Shown: piece after piece, positions 1-13,555 of the stretch
Layout of the letters: each line of letters opens with the position of its first letter
How positions within the stretch are numbered: the stretch's first letter is position 1
Assembly: GCA_964016885.1 (NCBI GenBank)
Contig: OZ024742.1
Location: 141,546,001-141,610,000 of the forward strand
Source of the DNA: Eledone cirrhosa
Taxonomy: Eukaryota
Length of the DNA: 64,000 bases
Direction of reading: 5' to 3'
Made by a program: the position numbers and the translations under genes
The notes under the pieces: model-generated
Databases searched by the model: none
What the model saw: the letters and a program-made list of their open reading frames with translations, nothing else
What the model was told of the DNA's origin: nothing

Positions 1-3000
1 GTAGATAGTACCGCGATGACATCTTTGGACAGCTGCTGATGACATGGGTGATAACCTCGATGTTAGTTCTGCAGAGTCTGCACTTGTTATCACATCTAGG
101 TATTTTGCCTGCATCCCTATCTCTTTTGTGAATCAGGTATTTCGTGCTAATCTCCTGTTCCTGGATTGCAAAAGCTTATCCTTCAAAGTGGGAGCCAATA
201 TAGCGGTTGTTGGTCGAAGATAGACTACTTTCCTTATCTATATTACTCTCACTCTGGAGCTTCCTGGCAACATACCCATGCATGATTTTTTGCTGATAGG
301 CATGCAGTTTTTCATCCATGGATTCACTGCGATACTGCTGAGCGACATCCCTGGGTGTGAGTTTTTGATTATCACACAGGGAATATCTCGCAAGGAGTTC
401 CTTCCCAACTCTCATGATCTTATCTGTTTCATGCAGATAGACTTGCTCGAGAAGCGGGCTCCTACGCTTCGAGGTTCGTAGATGTTGTCGGAGAAATATG
501 ATGCGACATTCAAATGTTGTCTGGACTGATGTTAGTCCTCTGCCTCCCTGCTTACGTTTCAAGTAAAGGCGGTCTATGTCACTGTTGATGTGGAAGTTTC
601 CGGTGTTGTTCAATATTTTTCGAGTTCCAACATCAACTGCTCGGATTTCGTCTATCGTCCAATTGAGTATTCCAAACGTTTGATGTTAGGACAGGCACAG
701 CAAACACATTGTGAGCCACTGTTTTGTTTTGCGCAGAGAGTTCCGATGACCAGATCTTTCTTAATCGGGTGTAGTATTCCCTGGTTATGCGTTCTTTATT
801 ACAGATACCATTATAGCATATGTTCTCATCTATCCCCAGGTATCTGTAGCAGTCCTCACCAGATATCGGTGAAACAGTTAGACCATTGATGACAATGTTG
901 CTAGATTGGGTTGTTGTTTTTCCCCGCTTTACAGTCATGTATGAGCATTTATCTTAGCCAAACTCCATTCCTATATCCTTTGAGAACGTTGTAACCAGGT
1001 CAAGATTTTTCTTCATCCCATCCATGTTCTTGGCATAGAGTTTCAACTCGTCCACAAAGAAGTTATGGGTTAGGTTCGTATTTCTGTCCTCCTGTGAGCC
1101 AATGATGTATCTCTCACATTTCTTGAGCAGAAAGGACAAGGGGTTTAATGACAAGATGAACAATATCACTGAGAGACTGTCCCCCTGAAATATACACCTG
1201 CAATATTTTATTTTATCAGTGAAAATAGAGTCCCCCTCTCTGTTTTTAACCTTAGGATAGTAGCCCAAGAAGAAGACAGCCTCTCTATGGCTCTGACAAT
1301 AATGTCTGGGACTTTAGCAAGTTGGAAGGCTTCTATCATCCAAGCGTGGGGAACAGAATCGAAAGCTTTCCTGTAGTCCAGCCAGACTGTAGTCATATTC
1401 CTCCTAAGTTGTCGCACCTCCGACATCGCAGTTTTGTTGATTAGAAGTTGTTCAGAACATCCCCAAACCCTTTTCTTTCCAGCTGCTTGTTCATATGTGA
1501 TGATGTTATTATTCTCACAGTGATCTTGGAGGAATAGGTTCAGGCAGGCTGTATACATCTTATACATCAGGTTCTGGCATGCAATTGGTCGGTATTTTTT
1601 TGCCAAGTGGGTGTCTTTGTTCTTGGGGACCAGTAACGTTTGTGCTAATGTCAACCATTCTGGTATAAGTGTATATCCCTTAAGAACATGTTGGTAGAGG
1701 TCAGTAAGATACCTCCGATAGAATATTAGTTTTTTGTACCAGTAGCCAACAATCATGTCTCTTCCTGGTGTTTTCTGATCTTGGAGTTTTCCTATCACAG
1801 TCTCAAGGGTACCCTCACTTATTTCGTATGTTTTTTGTTGTAGTGTAGGGGCAATAGTTCTTTCGGATTTCTCTTAGCCGCACTGCATCTTGGTTGAAAT
1901 TCTTCTTTTCATCCCATATTTTGCTCCAAAAGTAATCTATATCTGGGATGGGGCCTCAGTGACACTTATTATTTTGCCCTTTATATCTCTATAGGCTGAT
2001 GTTTGGTTTCGTCTGAATCTTTTATTAAGCATTTTTCTCTCATCTACCTTCTTCAGGTATCGGCGTTTTTGGCTAACAGCTCTCAATTTTTGTTTGAGGG
2101 TGATCAGCTTATATTGGAGAGTTCTGGTTCTACTGTTACCAAACATCGTCTCTATTTTATTTTTCACTCTTTGTTGGTGAGTTTTTTTTTGTGTTTGTTT
2201 GCATGTAAGGAGCATTGTCACATGTCCTATGTTTTTTCGTAGGTCAGCACTCTTTTTTTCTATTTTAGTTATATATGATGGTATTTTTGGTAGTGTTTTG
2301 TTCTTGTTAATATCTCTGCTATCACCAAGATAATGCTTCAATGTCATTGCTAAGGCATATAAACAGGAGTTGATTTTCCAAAATGTTGGGGCTTTTATCC
2401 GTCGTAAATATTCATCCCATATTTCGTCAATAACACGTAGTATTTCATTATTTGGTTTCAAATCCCGCCGAGGTTGACTTTGCCTTTCATCCTTACGGGG
2501 TCGATAAAATAAAGTACCAGTAATGCACTGGGTAATTGCTGGCCTTGTGCTTAAAGTAGAAACAATTATTTGGTTTTTAATTCACCATTGTCATTTTAAC
2601 ACGTTCAGCAAGAGAGATGATACATGGTGATACATGAGTTAATTTCTCTCTGGAAGATTTCGTTGAGGGAAATTTTCAATTGTTTATACTTTTGATTATC
2701 ATTATCGATAGTATTTTCCACAACAGTCGAGGTAGACTCGGATGGTATACGTGGTGTCACATTTATTCGATTATTATTATTATTTCTTCGATTATTATTA
2801 CTATCGATAGTGTTTTCCCCAGCATTCGAGGTAGACATAGATGGTACAGGTGGTGTCAAGTTTCTTACAGGCATAGTTGTTTCAAGGCGCTGTTCGAGCT
2901 GGCTGCTAGGAAGTCTAGTAGCATGGCGATCTGTAGCACGTGTTGTTGATTCCATGTTTGTTGTGGGGGACTTACAATTAATAATATTTATCTTATTTTT

Positions 3001-3480
3001 ACGTTCAACAAACGTCGCTTGTTGGCGTAATTGTTTCGCTGTGAAATAATTTAGCTCTGGGTGCATTTCGTCCCAGTGTAGCTTCATTCTATTCATATTG
3101 CCATTTTATAACAATTAAATAAATCATCATTAAGTTCGCAACTCCAAGAGAAATGCGATTTATAATTTCGGTTTCTTCTGTAGCTACAACTGAATAAAGT
3201 TTGATTACCTTCTTTGTTATTTGTCTTCGATACTTCCTTAATTTTTTTGTTGATGTTGTCTTCAGCCATGCTGTTTGTAGCAAATCCTTGTAAAATGAAT
3301 TATGTATGTAGTCGGATATCTCTGCGAATTCGGATAAAAGGTGTCTTCAGAAGGGATAGTTAGAAGAATAACCAGTTATTCAACCTGGCTGTAGTTGTGG
3401 CATTACTGTCGGAGATAGTATTCATCTTAAATTTAATAAATAGTCTTCCACGCCAAAATATGCGACTGATCGCGTTGACT
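1..3480 (-). mobile_element. Decayed non-LTR retrotransposon, R4/Dong-like RLE type (RT plus CCHC knuckle); 3' end lies outside the window
   Basis: Frameshifted ORFs carry RT motifs YRPIACQN, WLDYRKAFDSVPH, IFQGDSLS, THNFFVDELKLY (YMDD-like), YRYLGI and RLYLKRKQGGRGL. Bases 1-175 on the minus strand read AFAIQEQEI...KCRLCRTNIEVITHVISSCPKM after an in-frame stop. A SINE interrupts it at about 2456-2570. Confidence 0.92.
2456..2570 (+). mobile_element. 5'-truncated tRNA-derived SINE (family A, Nin/Deu-domain-like core) inserted in the LINE
   Basis: GTTTCAAATCCCGCCGAGGTTGACTTTGCCTTTCATCCTTACGGGGTCGATAAAATAAAGTACCAG...AGAAACAATTATT, shared with more than 20 other copies in the window. Confidence 0.9.
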
Positions 3481-3510
3481 GATGTATGTATGTGTGTATG
3501 TATGTATGTA

Positions 3511-4062
3511 TGTTCTTCGGGTTTTATAATTTCCCAATTTTTTTCCAAATAGAGAGAGAGTCGGTTTCTAACATAGTCACAAGATTCTCTCATTGGAATT
3601 TACACAACAGCAACTAGGTAGATTATGTATGCATGCATGTGTAGATATGGATGTAATTGTATGTGTGGATGTGTATGTTTTGAGTTGTATGTGTGCATGT
3701 GTATATGCTTTGTATCTGTACATGTGTATATGCAGTTATTAGATGCAACATTTTTGGAATGTTTTACATATTTTTACTGTCCATTAATGGATTGTACTTG
3801 TAATTTCCTAACAAGTTGTGTTCTTTCTGTTCCTGTGAAGCCTAGCTTCTCAAGATTTGTATTGAGGCAGTTACTAACATATCCCAGTGCCCCAATAATC
3901 ACAGGCATAAATCTGAAGGTGTAATCAGGGTGGAGTATCTACAGACTTCTCATCAGTTCTGCATAAATATTCTCCTTTTCGCTAATCTTTGATATTATAT
4001 TGGCATCTGCTGGGCAGCTAATTTCCACTACTGTGCATGCTTTCTTCTCCCTGTCCTATATC

Positions 4063-4063
<1 letters not shown>
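3511..4063 (-). mobile_element. Separate 3' fragment of an R4/Dong-like LINE (restriction-like endonuclease end plus 3' UTR) inside (CATA)n
   Basis: Minus strand reads DREKKACTVVEISCPADANI...EKENIYAEL...YTFRFMPVIIGALG. It is flanked on both sides by (TATG)n. Confidence 0.8.
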
Positions 4064-4093
<30 letters not shown>

Positions 4094-4161
4094 TGTATGT
4101 ATGTATGTATGTATGTATGTATGTATGTATGTATGTATGTATGTATGTATGTATGTATGTA

Positions 4162-4710
4162 TGGTCACTCTTGAGTGCTATTGGTAACATGTAACCCAGT
4201 ACAACCTGTCGCATGGTCGGGTCGTCGGCGACTAAACCGGCAACCCCACCAAGTTTACTTGGTGAGAAGGGTGATTTTGGACACCCTGCAGGACAAAAAA
4301 CAAAACCTGACAAAGGGCAGAAGAACTCATAAGAGTCAACGGCCATCCAAAAGTGTGTAAATATGTATATACACATGTAGCGCACGGTTAAACCACTGGG
4401 AGTGAAGGACCCCTAGCCTTTGTCAGCGCATTCTTCTAGGAGAAGGCAACTCAGGAAACTGGGATAACTCCGATATAAAACCTGCGGCTCAGTAGTTACC
4501 GATAATGTTGATCTTTTCTTCTTTTCGGGTTATAGCTACTGTTGCTCAGAGATGGAATTGGCTCAGTGCACAGACTTCCTTCACTTTAAAAAATATCTTC
4601 ACGCCCAGGCATTGCACGATAGAATTAATTAATAATTATTGATAATGGTATATCGTGCAATGGCCATACTCGATAACGAGGAGGCAGTCATCATGTATGT
4701 ATGTATGTGG
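4162..4710 (+). mobile_element. Non-autonomous RTE-5'UTR-related element bounded by (TATG)n
   Basis: Homologous to 55186-55770. Contains the RTE-type motif TTCTAGGAGAAGGCAACTC and ends in CATGTATGTATG. A further diverged fragment follows at about 4710-4990. Confidence 0.6.
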
Positions 4711-6164
4711 AAGAGGGAAACTCTGAAAAAAACCTGCGACTTCGGAAACATCTGATGATATTAAGTAGTTCTCCTTTTCGGGTAGTGTTTTCGATTCTCA
4801 GAGAGTGGGATTGGTCGAGTGTAATGCCTTTCCCCACTTAAAAAACCCTTCAAAGCACAGGCATTGCTTGATTAGGATATGTTACAGATTTCTGTGGCTG
4901 GCGGTAGACTAAAAGTGCACCACTATAATCTGACAAGCGATTGCAATACTCTTAGCAGAGTTTGCAGCCATCATGTATGTATGCATGTAGTGGATGACTG
5001 TAATTCGGTTCTAATTTACTTGTCAAATAGGATTTTTGCCGTTCAATATGTAAGTTTTAATGTAGCAAGTAGCCCAAATTAAAACATTATTGTAGACTGC
5101 AGTCCTGAAATGTAGCGTAATGCGCTACTTATAAACCAATTTGACAACTCCATGGTGCTTGGAGAACTTGACGTTTATCTTCCGACTTTCTGTCTATTGC
5201 AAGACCTATCTCTTTTAAAATCATCAATATACGGCAGTGTGCCGAAAATCGTATTAAAAAACGAGTTCATAAAATACACGTCAGAGAACTTTGATGCTTA
5301 ATATATGGTACCATCAAAATAATCTTTTTCAATTTGTAATTGGTTTATAAACTGAAAATACACTCTTGTGCAAGTTTTTCTATGGTTATAAGGCATATGT
5401 CAGACGTTGAATTGGCAGATTCATTGAAGCGTCGGATAGAATGCCTTGCGATATTCATTTTGATTTTCTGCGTCCTGAGTTCAAAACGTCAACTTTTGCC
5501 TTTAATCCTTTCGAGGTCGTTAACTAAAGTACCAGTCAAATAGGAGTTCAATTCTCTCGCTTTCCAACTGTCACATCTTCGATGTTTCTTCGAGTCAGAG
5601 TAGGGATTGTCAAGACGGGGTTTGTATCTGCTTGCAACTACATAGACATCTAAAACTATTTGTGAAAACGTGGTTCATGTTAATTTCAAGTCATACTCGA
5701 TAGCGAATGGCGGTCATATAAGTTATATGTCTTCGACTAGATTTAAATGTATTCTAAAGAAACGAACGCAGCTTAAAATGCCTGAAACTGCGGTGTAAAA
5801 TAACTTGCGATATAATATCCGGATGTTATAAATACAACGAAAACCAACAACATCAAAATATATCTCTTCTAAGTATTATAAGTACTACATAGTAATAGAC
5901 TTTCAACAGATGCAGTGAAATAATGTCAGCGACTAGGTGTATGGCCAAATTATTTGACACTTTACACTTTATAATATTGAATAGAATGGAATGGGCATTC
6001 ATCGGTTTCGACGTTGAGTATTTCAATTATTCAATAAATGGAACAAACTGTTTCTGAAATTAATCTACAAGTGGTTGAGCATACCGCAAACAAGTGTATA
6101 CTTAAGGTAATTCGTAGAGGGATGCATGTGTGATAGAACTGACCCTATGGATTACAGGCGCTGT

Positions 6165-6305
6165 CCATCCAAAGGGCATTCAAACAGTTTCCGTCTACTA
6201 ACTCTTACTAACAAGGCTTAAGTTGATCGAGACTATGGTAAATAAAATTTTCCCAAGATTCCATGATGTGGAATCGGATCCGGGATCATCTGGTCATGCT
6301 GCACA
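6165..6305 (-). mobile_element. Diverged octopus-type tRNA SINE (family C)
   Basis: Reverse complement resembles 62625-62800 (…GTAGACGGAAACTG…). Other diverged copies lie near 11165-11290 (+), 11640-11790 (-) and 53060-53190 (-). Confidence 0.55.
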
Positions 6306-6437
6306 CACAATAACATTGCAAAATAAATCACAAGTGAATATAATGGTATACTTTTTACATACCTGCCATGACACTTCCACGATGTAGCTGTTTCAAATGA
6401 TCTCAGATTAAGTCGCTTGACAAATAAGTACGACTCC

Positions 6438-6531
<94 letters not shown>

Positions 6532-7618
6532 ACCGTTGCATATCTCCTTTCTAATCATATAGTTTTGTATAGATATGTCAAGGTTTTCACTCTTAATCTT
6601 AGTTGCTAGGCCTAAAAGTCGTAGTAATCTTCAAGACAGAATACAATCTCACAGTAAATACATATAGCTAAACGTCAGTAACTAATAATCTATTTTCCTT
6701 GTCAAATACAAACTCCGATTGTGTATGTTTTAAATACACACATCATTTTAAACACATACATCATCGTACAACTGACTGGTACTCTATTTCACTGTATTTT
6801 TCATGGTTACTGTATCCGCTATCTCCACATTGTCCTCTCATCCCCAAACACCAATATTCCTTTGTACCTCTACAATGGTGTTTGACATTAACTATTTTAC
6901 AAATCTTTTTTCTCACTTGTTATGTTTTCTTCGTCGATTCAATCTGTTCATCGTTTTAGTTTTTTTCTTTCGTTTTTCATTTTCTAACACTTTGTTGTTG
7001 TTGGTGATGTTGTGAGGATAATGTCTTGTTTAATATTGGCCAAAGTGTTGAATATATTTTCGTTTCTCTAACATAGCATCACATCGACACTCTCACAATT
7101 TTTTATTCTTCTTTCTACATTATCTCGCACCACTCCATCCATTCGGTAATGGCTGAAGTGATTATTGTTCTCAGAAACAACAAGAAAAGAAAAGAAAGCT
7201 ATAAACATATAAAAAAAACCCCCCATAAAATAACAAGGAACAAGATGAAATGGGAAAATAGAAAGATATAGAGAAAATGGCAGATAAGCTAAGGACTAGA
7301 ACTTTCTTGAAGAAAGTGAATGTTAAGATTTAAAGATGAGGCAAAGCAGTGTGAGAATAAATGAAGAGAAGAAACAACGCTAACTTCTAACAGAAACAAA
7401 AACGTGGGTATCAGTGAAGAGGTCGTAAATAAAGAACAGAAGAATTTGATAGGTAAAGATGTCAAAACATAATGAGGTAACAGTGGGAAAACTATCGGTG
7501 TATGTGTGTTTTAAGAAGACATTCCGATAATGAAAATTGTTTTAGTTTCACCTCACCATCTCATATCAGATTACTTGCCGAACAAAATTATATATATACA
7601 TATACACACACATACATA

Positions 7619-7713
<95 letters not shown>

Positions 7714-7726
7714 GCAAGGTATTAGA

Positions 7727-7906
7727 TGGACATTTAGGCAACTGGCAGTTTCATAGTTCTTTGCTGACAAAGGCATGTATTATCCATTATCAGATGTACG
7801 CTTTGTCATAAAGTAAGAGATGACAAATTATAATATAACTTCTGATAATAGAGAGTACGTGTATTTGTCAACAAAGACTATGAAACTGCTAGTTTCTTGA
7901 ATGCCC
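7727..7906. repeat. Old diverged inverted repeat with degenerate hammerhead-like motifs in both arms
   Basis: Both arms read CTGATAA-TAG/TGG...CTAT-GAAA-CTGC outward. Arms are about 7727-7793 and 7842-7906, next to (TA)n. Confidence 0.5.
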
Positions 7907-8874
7907 CCTTAATACTATGCATTAGAATATAAAAATCACTTCTATGTTTACATATCGAGGGTTCATTTTTTTGTAATACGAAATCACATCGAAGTAACTA
8001 TATAAATTGATCGGATCAAGCAAAGTCTGACGACGTAACCACATAAACTGTGCAATAATCACTAACCTTTTAAAGCGAGACTCTATCAGAATTTTTCAAA
8101 CATTTTGGAACTATTGACTCCCGTTTTATTGACTCCCGTAAAGTTGATAAAAATTATGCACTGAAAATTATTTTAATAATCAATGTTTGGCGGACAAAGT
8201 GCGAGGTGATGAAATGTATGATTGTTAGAGTGAATATATGTATGTGAGTGATTCAATATGTGTTGCCGTGAGGACTTGATTGTTGTTTGAATGAAGTGAC
8301 GTTAATTTGGATATTGGGTTGTATCCAAGATCATAGGGTTACAACGTTATAAGTCCCCCGCAAACTCACCTTTATACCCACTCAATTTCGATATTCACAA
8401 AAAGTGAAGAGAGAAAAATGATGGCATCTATTGAGTATAAACAGAATTATTTATTCGTGAACATGAGATTTAAAACGACGCACAAACCGTCGGAGGGTAA
8501 AATCAACAATATAATGAACTACAAAATCAACAATATAATGAACTACAAAATGTTTGTGTTACTGAGATATAATTGTAACGAGTGGGAATAAGTAAAGTTT
8601 GTACGCTAGGTGATATCTGTGTGGAGATGTTTGATGTAGAGAGTTGGACAGAATAAACTGCGTGATTTGTGTTATGTACTGAGCCTGTAAATATGAAAGA
8701 GAGGCAGAGTGAATGCAAGAATTTTATTCTCAGTTTAGTATCCTGTGATAATTTCGCTACAGATGTAATTTTAAATAAAAAGAATACTTATTATTATCTA
8801 ATCTAATCTGATCAGGTACTGTTCCTACTTTTGTAAACAAGAATTTTCCATGAAAAAAAAATTAAATTTAGTTA

Positions 8875-9095
8875 ATAATGTTTTTTTTATATAGGCACAA
8901 GGTCAGCAATTTTGTGGGAGGGGAAAGTCGATTAAATTGACCCCAGTGTCTGCCTGGTACTTTATTTTATCGACCCCTTAAGGATGAAAGGCAAAGTTAA
9001 CCTCGGCGGGATTTGAACTTAGATCATAAAGGGGCGTAATTCTATGCTGCAAAACATGGCACCCGACCCTCTAACGATACTGCCAATTTACCGTC
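8875..9095 (-). mobile_element. SINE family A, long variant
   Basis: Full match to the family consensus, including an extra GGGGAAAGTCGATT...ACCCCAG segment. Confidence 0.88.
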
Positions 9096-10434
9096 CTAAA
9101 TTTAGGTAATAATAATAAACAAAGGATGGTGTTACTCTCACATAATATTAAGCTCGACTCCATGACTGATCATGTGATTTCACCTGGGAAACTCCTCTCC
9201 AAGGTGTAGTTCATGATAAAGATTTATGTATAAAAACAGAAGTCGTCCATGAATACAAGTTCCTCCTTTCCACATTGCTGATGTTGTCCGAGAGAATAGC
9301 AAAGGTCAATACAGCTTAGCACCAGGAACGACGCAGGACCGAATATCACAACGCACAGGGTCGAAAGTAATACCACAAAGCATCATGTCAGATGCTGTAA
9401 CAAAGCTGCCATTTCATTTTATTTATCGATCCCGAAAGGATGAACGGCAAAGTTGATCTTGACGGGAATTAACCTTAGGACTAAGTCTGCGGAACTGAAA
9501 CAAACATTCTGGAGTATTATAACCCGACGTTCAAACGAATCTTTCAATTTCTCGATGTTTTATATATAGACCAATGCCGTAAATAATAATAGATAAATAA
9601 AATTAAAAGTGATATTTTATTGGTGAAAATTTGAACGTGTAAGTATATTTATTAACAATGGTATTATTTTTAGTTGCACCGTATAAGGGCTACTCTCTTT
9701 TGGTTTATTTCTTTATTTTAAGTGGTATGTCAACATGAAAACTTGTATTGAAATGTAAAGTTAATTTTTTTATGAAAAACAATTTATGCAGAAAATTGCA
9801 TGTTTCAAATAATTAGAAACAAATAGATATTAAATAACATAATTTTAGTTCAGCATAACCACAGTTTAGTGCCCTTCCGACTTTCTTTCCTCATAACTTT
9901 CTTACATTTTTAATGAAAATTTTCAGATATACGTTTTCCATAATGTAAATTACGGATAATTTAATTTTATAAAATACTTTTATTGTTGTATATATTTCCA
10001 TTTGTTTAATGTGTTTATTTACTGAATACTTTCTATTTGTTTGAAGTAGGCTAAACGTAAACATGAATTTTTTTCTTGAACTTTCTAATTTCACGTTGTT
10101 AATAAATAATATCAACAAGAATAATGTCATATATTTTCTACAGGATTGTAATACCATAACTACAATTATACATTGAAAAAACAGAAAAAAAAATAGAAAT
10201 TCAACAAAATTATAATCAACATATTTCAAAATATGTCTACATACACACATAAAGACAGTTAAAAAGAAAGAAATTCAGTGGGTGATGGCTCACCATAAAA
10301 ACAACAAAGATATATTTTTCTAATATATCTTTGAAATGTATATAGAAATTAATAGAAATTGTATTGTTTATTGCAATGTTCATTTAAATATAACAATAAT
10401 TAGTGTGTTACAAGAATGGGATCTTAACGTGTGT

Positions 10435-11120
10435 TTGGTGGATTGGCAGTATCGGTAGAGGGTCGGACGCCATGCTTTCCAGCATAGTTACGTCCCTTTA
10501 CGGACTCTAGTTCAAATCCCGCCGTGGTTAACTTTGCCTTTCATCCTTTCGGGGTCGATAAAATAAAGTACCAGTAATGTACTGGGTTATTGCTGGCCTT
10601 GTGCCAAAAGTAGAAACAATTATTGGAAAGGGCGGTGGATTGGCAGTATCGGTAGAGGGTCGGACGCCATGCTTGGACGCATAGTTACGGCCTTGCCATT
10701 CTGAGTTCGAATCCCGCCGAGGTTAACTTTGCCTTTCATCCTTACGGGGTCGATAAAATAAAGTACCAGTAATGTACTGGTTAATTTCTGGCCTTGTGTC
10801 AATAGTAGAAACAATTATTACTATTATTATTATAAATATCAATGAGTTCAAATCCCACCTGGGTTAGCTTTGCCTTTCATCCTTACGAGGTCGATAAAAT
10901 AAACAACCAGTCACGCAAAATTACTGGCCTTGTGCCTAAAGTAGAAAACATTATTATTATTATAAATATCAATGAGTTCAAATCCTGCCCAGGTTAGCTT
11001 TGCTTTTCATCCTTACGGGATCTAAAAAAATAAAGTACCAGTAATGCACTGGTGTCAATTTAATCCACTTTCCCCTTCCCACAAAAAATTACTGGCCTTG
11101 TGCCTAAAGTAGAAAACATT
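10435..11120 (+). mobile_element. Head-to-tail cluster of four family A SINEs
   Basis: Copies at about 10435-10625, 10630-10820, 10843-10950 and 10973-11120. A box TGGCAGTATCGG, B box GAGTTCAAATCC. Confidence 0.92.
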
Positions 11121-12312
11121 TTTATAAATATTAACTATTATTTATTCACTTAGTAAAAAGAAGGATTAAGTAGCTCGTTTCACAACTTTGCAGTTCTGAG
11201 TTTAGTCCTAATGCGTGGCAACTTGAGCAAAGTGTCTTTTATCATTGCCTTTAGTCGACTCATGTTTTGTGAGTGAAATTGGGTAGAATATCCTTTGCAA
11301 TTACGTTAAGGAATAGTTAGCCATTACGTTAAGGAATAGTTAGCCATTTACACGCTAATATAATAAGTAGGCCGTTTCATTGAGCGAATAACTGGAACAT
11401 TCATCGTTGAAACCAACGGAGGTCCATGTATATTTTAGTAAAACGTAATGTGTTGAGTGCACTTTAATATCTTCACTATTTTGTTTTTAATGTAACTAAA
11501 TAATGATGGATCCTCTGTCGATTTCAACGATGACTATTCAGTTGTTTGATCAGCTAAATGTTAACGTTAAGTTGTTGATTATTCAACATACGAATCAGTG
11601 TGACACGATATATGACAATCTTTGAATTTGCAGGTACAATTAATTCGACGGGATTTCATACAATTCCCGTCAACCCAATTTCACTAACAAAGCTCGTATC
11701 AACTGGGAGATAAGACACTTGCTCAAGATGCTACCCAGCAGTATCTAACCTGGGCCCCCATGAGTGCGAAGCGTACTTCTTAACTCAACAACTAAATAAA
11801 ATAGAAGCATATTGGTGGTAATAGATTTTTGATTCGATATTAGAATATATTCAGGTCTTTAACAGTAGCTTATATATGTTAATCGCCAGTCATGTAAGAG
11901 GCTGGCACTTTTTTCGCTTTATTTTATGTTTTTTTTTTCATCTATGCTGATCCTTTCTAAACGTCTTCGTTTTATTGTTCTCATACGAGATATATATTTC
12001 ATCTCATAAAAATCAATATTAGGCTTCCCTTATATGGGAAAGTAAGTAAATCCGTTCCACATAAGTACTTAAAATTCTATCTTAAAGTGATGTATATTTT
12101 TAGTTTTAGTTTTGTTTGATTTCACTTGTATTTTTCTAATATGATGTATTGTGTAACATTTTTGTAATATCAGTTTGACCTCTCGCGATGCGTTACAAAC
12201 ACAAAAGGGTTGATCGTGAGCAAGGTCGCTATTTAGATGTATGAATATATTCTCTAAATTTTAAAATATATTGGGTACTTTATGGAACAGCGGCGTTCTA
12301 ATTTAGAGCATC

Positions 12313-12395
<83 letters not shown>

Positions 12396-12397
<2 letters not shown>

Positions 12398-12686
12398 CAG
12401 AAGGGATATTCAATTTGTTGGTAATTCAACAAATATAAATGTTTATAACTGATTCAGAGCACTCGACAGTTTTCTGGAGTATAATATACAATGATATTAA
12501 ATAAATGTAAACTATATTTATAAAACCATATTTATTCTATTATATATATTTCAAGGGTACCAAAACTTTGGTACGCTATCATGAGATAAAATACTATCCA
12601 AGGAAAACTTGAACCGTTAAGGTATATTCTCCTTGGTTATGTCAAAATTTATAAAACACACTTCGTATTTTATTTAATATCATTGT
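12396..12686 (-). mobile_element. PLE pLTR fragment (family F) with mutated hammerhead (12533-12592) and an inverted segment
   Basis: Homologous to 45281-45618, 50230-50400, 52770-52878 and 53813-54110. Core reads CTCATGA instead of CTGATGA. Flanked by (TA)n. Confidence 0.8.
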
Positions 12687-12694
12687 ATATATAT

Positions 12695-13310
12695 ATCTAT
12701 CTATCTAAGGCGGGTAAAATTCCCGAGATCCATGGACGAGTTCTCTCCAGCGGTCTCTGTCCCTCATTATCGCTGCCATATCCTGCATCTCCAACAGACC
12801 AGTGTCTGTCCTTAGGGCATCAACATATGTTAACCTTGGTCTTCCTCTTCTAGTGTGTCCATGTAGGGGGGCTCCCAAAGGAGCACTGAGTGCAATGTCA
12901 ACTCTGGATGTCGGTGAGCATGTCCAGCCAACCTCAGTCTCCTCTGTGTCACTTTTGAGCTGACTTTTGGGATGCTCCCATACAGCTCTGAGTTTTTCAT
13001 CCTCAGTGTATACTGATTAATGTTCAGAGCCATCCTCAGCATTCTCGAGTAGCACCCATCCACCATCTGAGTGAGTTTCTTGGTCAGTGTCCAAGTCTCA
13101 GACCCATACAGCAGCACAGACTCCACTACAGCAATGAAGAGGCGGGAAGCCGCTGGAATTGGTTGAGGACTTCCTGTATTTGGGAGCAAAGATTGGGAAT
13201 ACGGAGGATGATGTGGTTGAGAGGAAGAGCAAGGCCTGGGCGGCGTGCCACAGCTTGAGTTCGGTGTGGAAGTCGGACCTTCGTAGAGACCTGAAAATCC
13301 GCCTCTTCAT
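12695..13310 (-). mobile_element. RTE-like LINE 3' fragment with 5' inversion
   Basis: Minus strand: RLFIAVVESVLLYGSETWTLTKK...GCYSRMLRMALNI, ending in an (AGAT)n tail. Plus strand 13144-13310: KPLELVEDFLYLGA...KSKAWAACHSLSSVWKSDLRRDLKIRLF. Confidence 0.88.
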
Positions 13311-13524
13311 ATATATATATATATATATCCGAGACAAACCGTGACAAATTTCTCTAAGTAGGTAGTAGGCATTAATACAGTTAATCGTCAACAAAACGTC
13401 TCATTACTACCAGATGTTTTGACAACAAAATTATTTATTTGCAAGTTTCTTCTAATGTACCCGAAAGTTGACGAATATGATTTAAATGGATTTAGTAGAC
13501 GGAAAATGCATGGAAGCCTTACGT

Positions 13525-13553
<29 letters not shown>

Positions 13554-13555
<2 letters not shown>

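Noticed and set aside
8500-8552. Short local tandem duplications (also about 11300-11348 and 44861-44908)
   Set aside because: Ordinary 23-24-bp slippage duplications.
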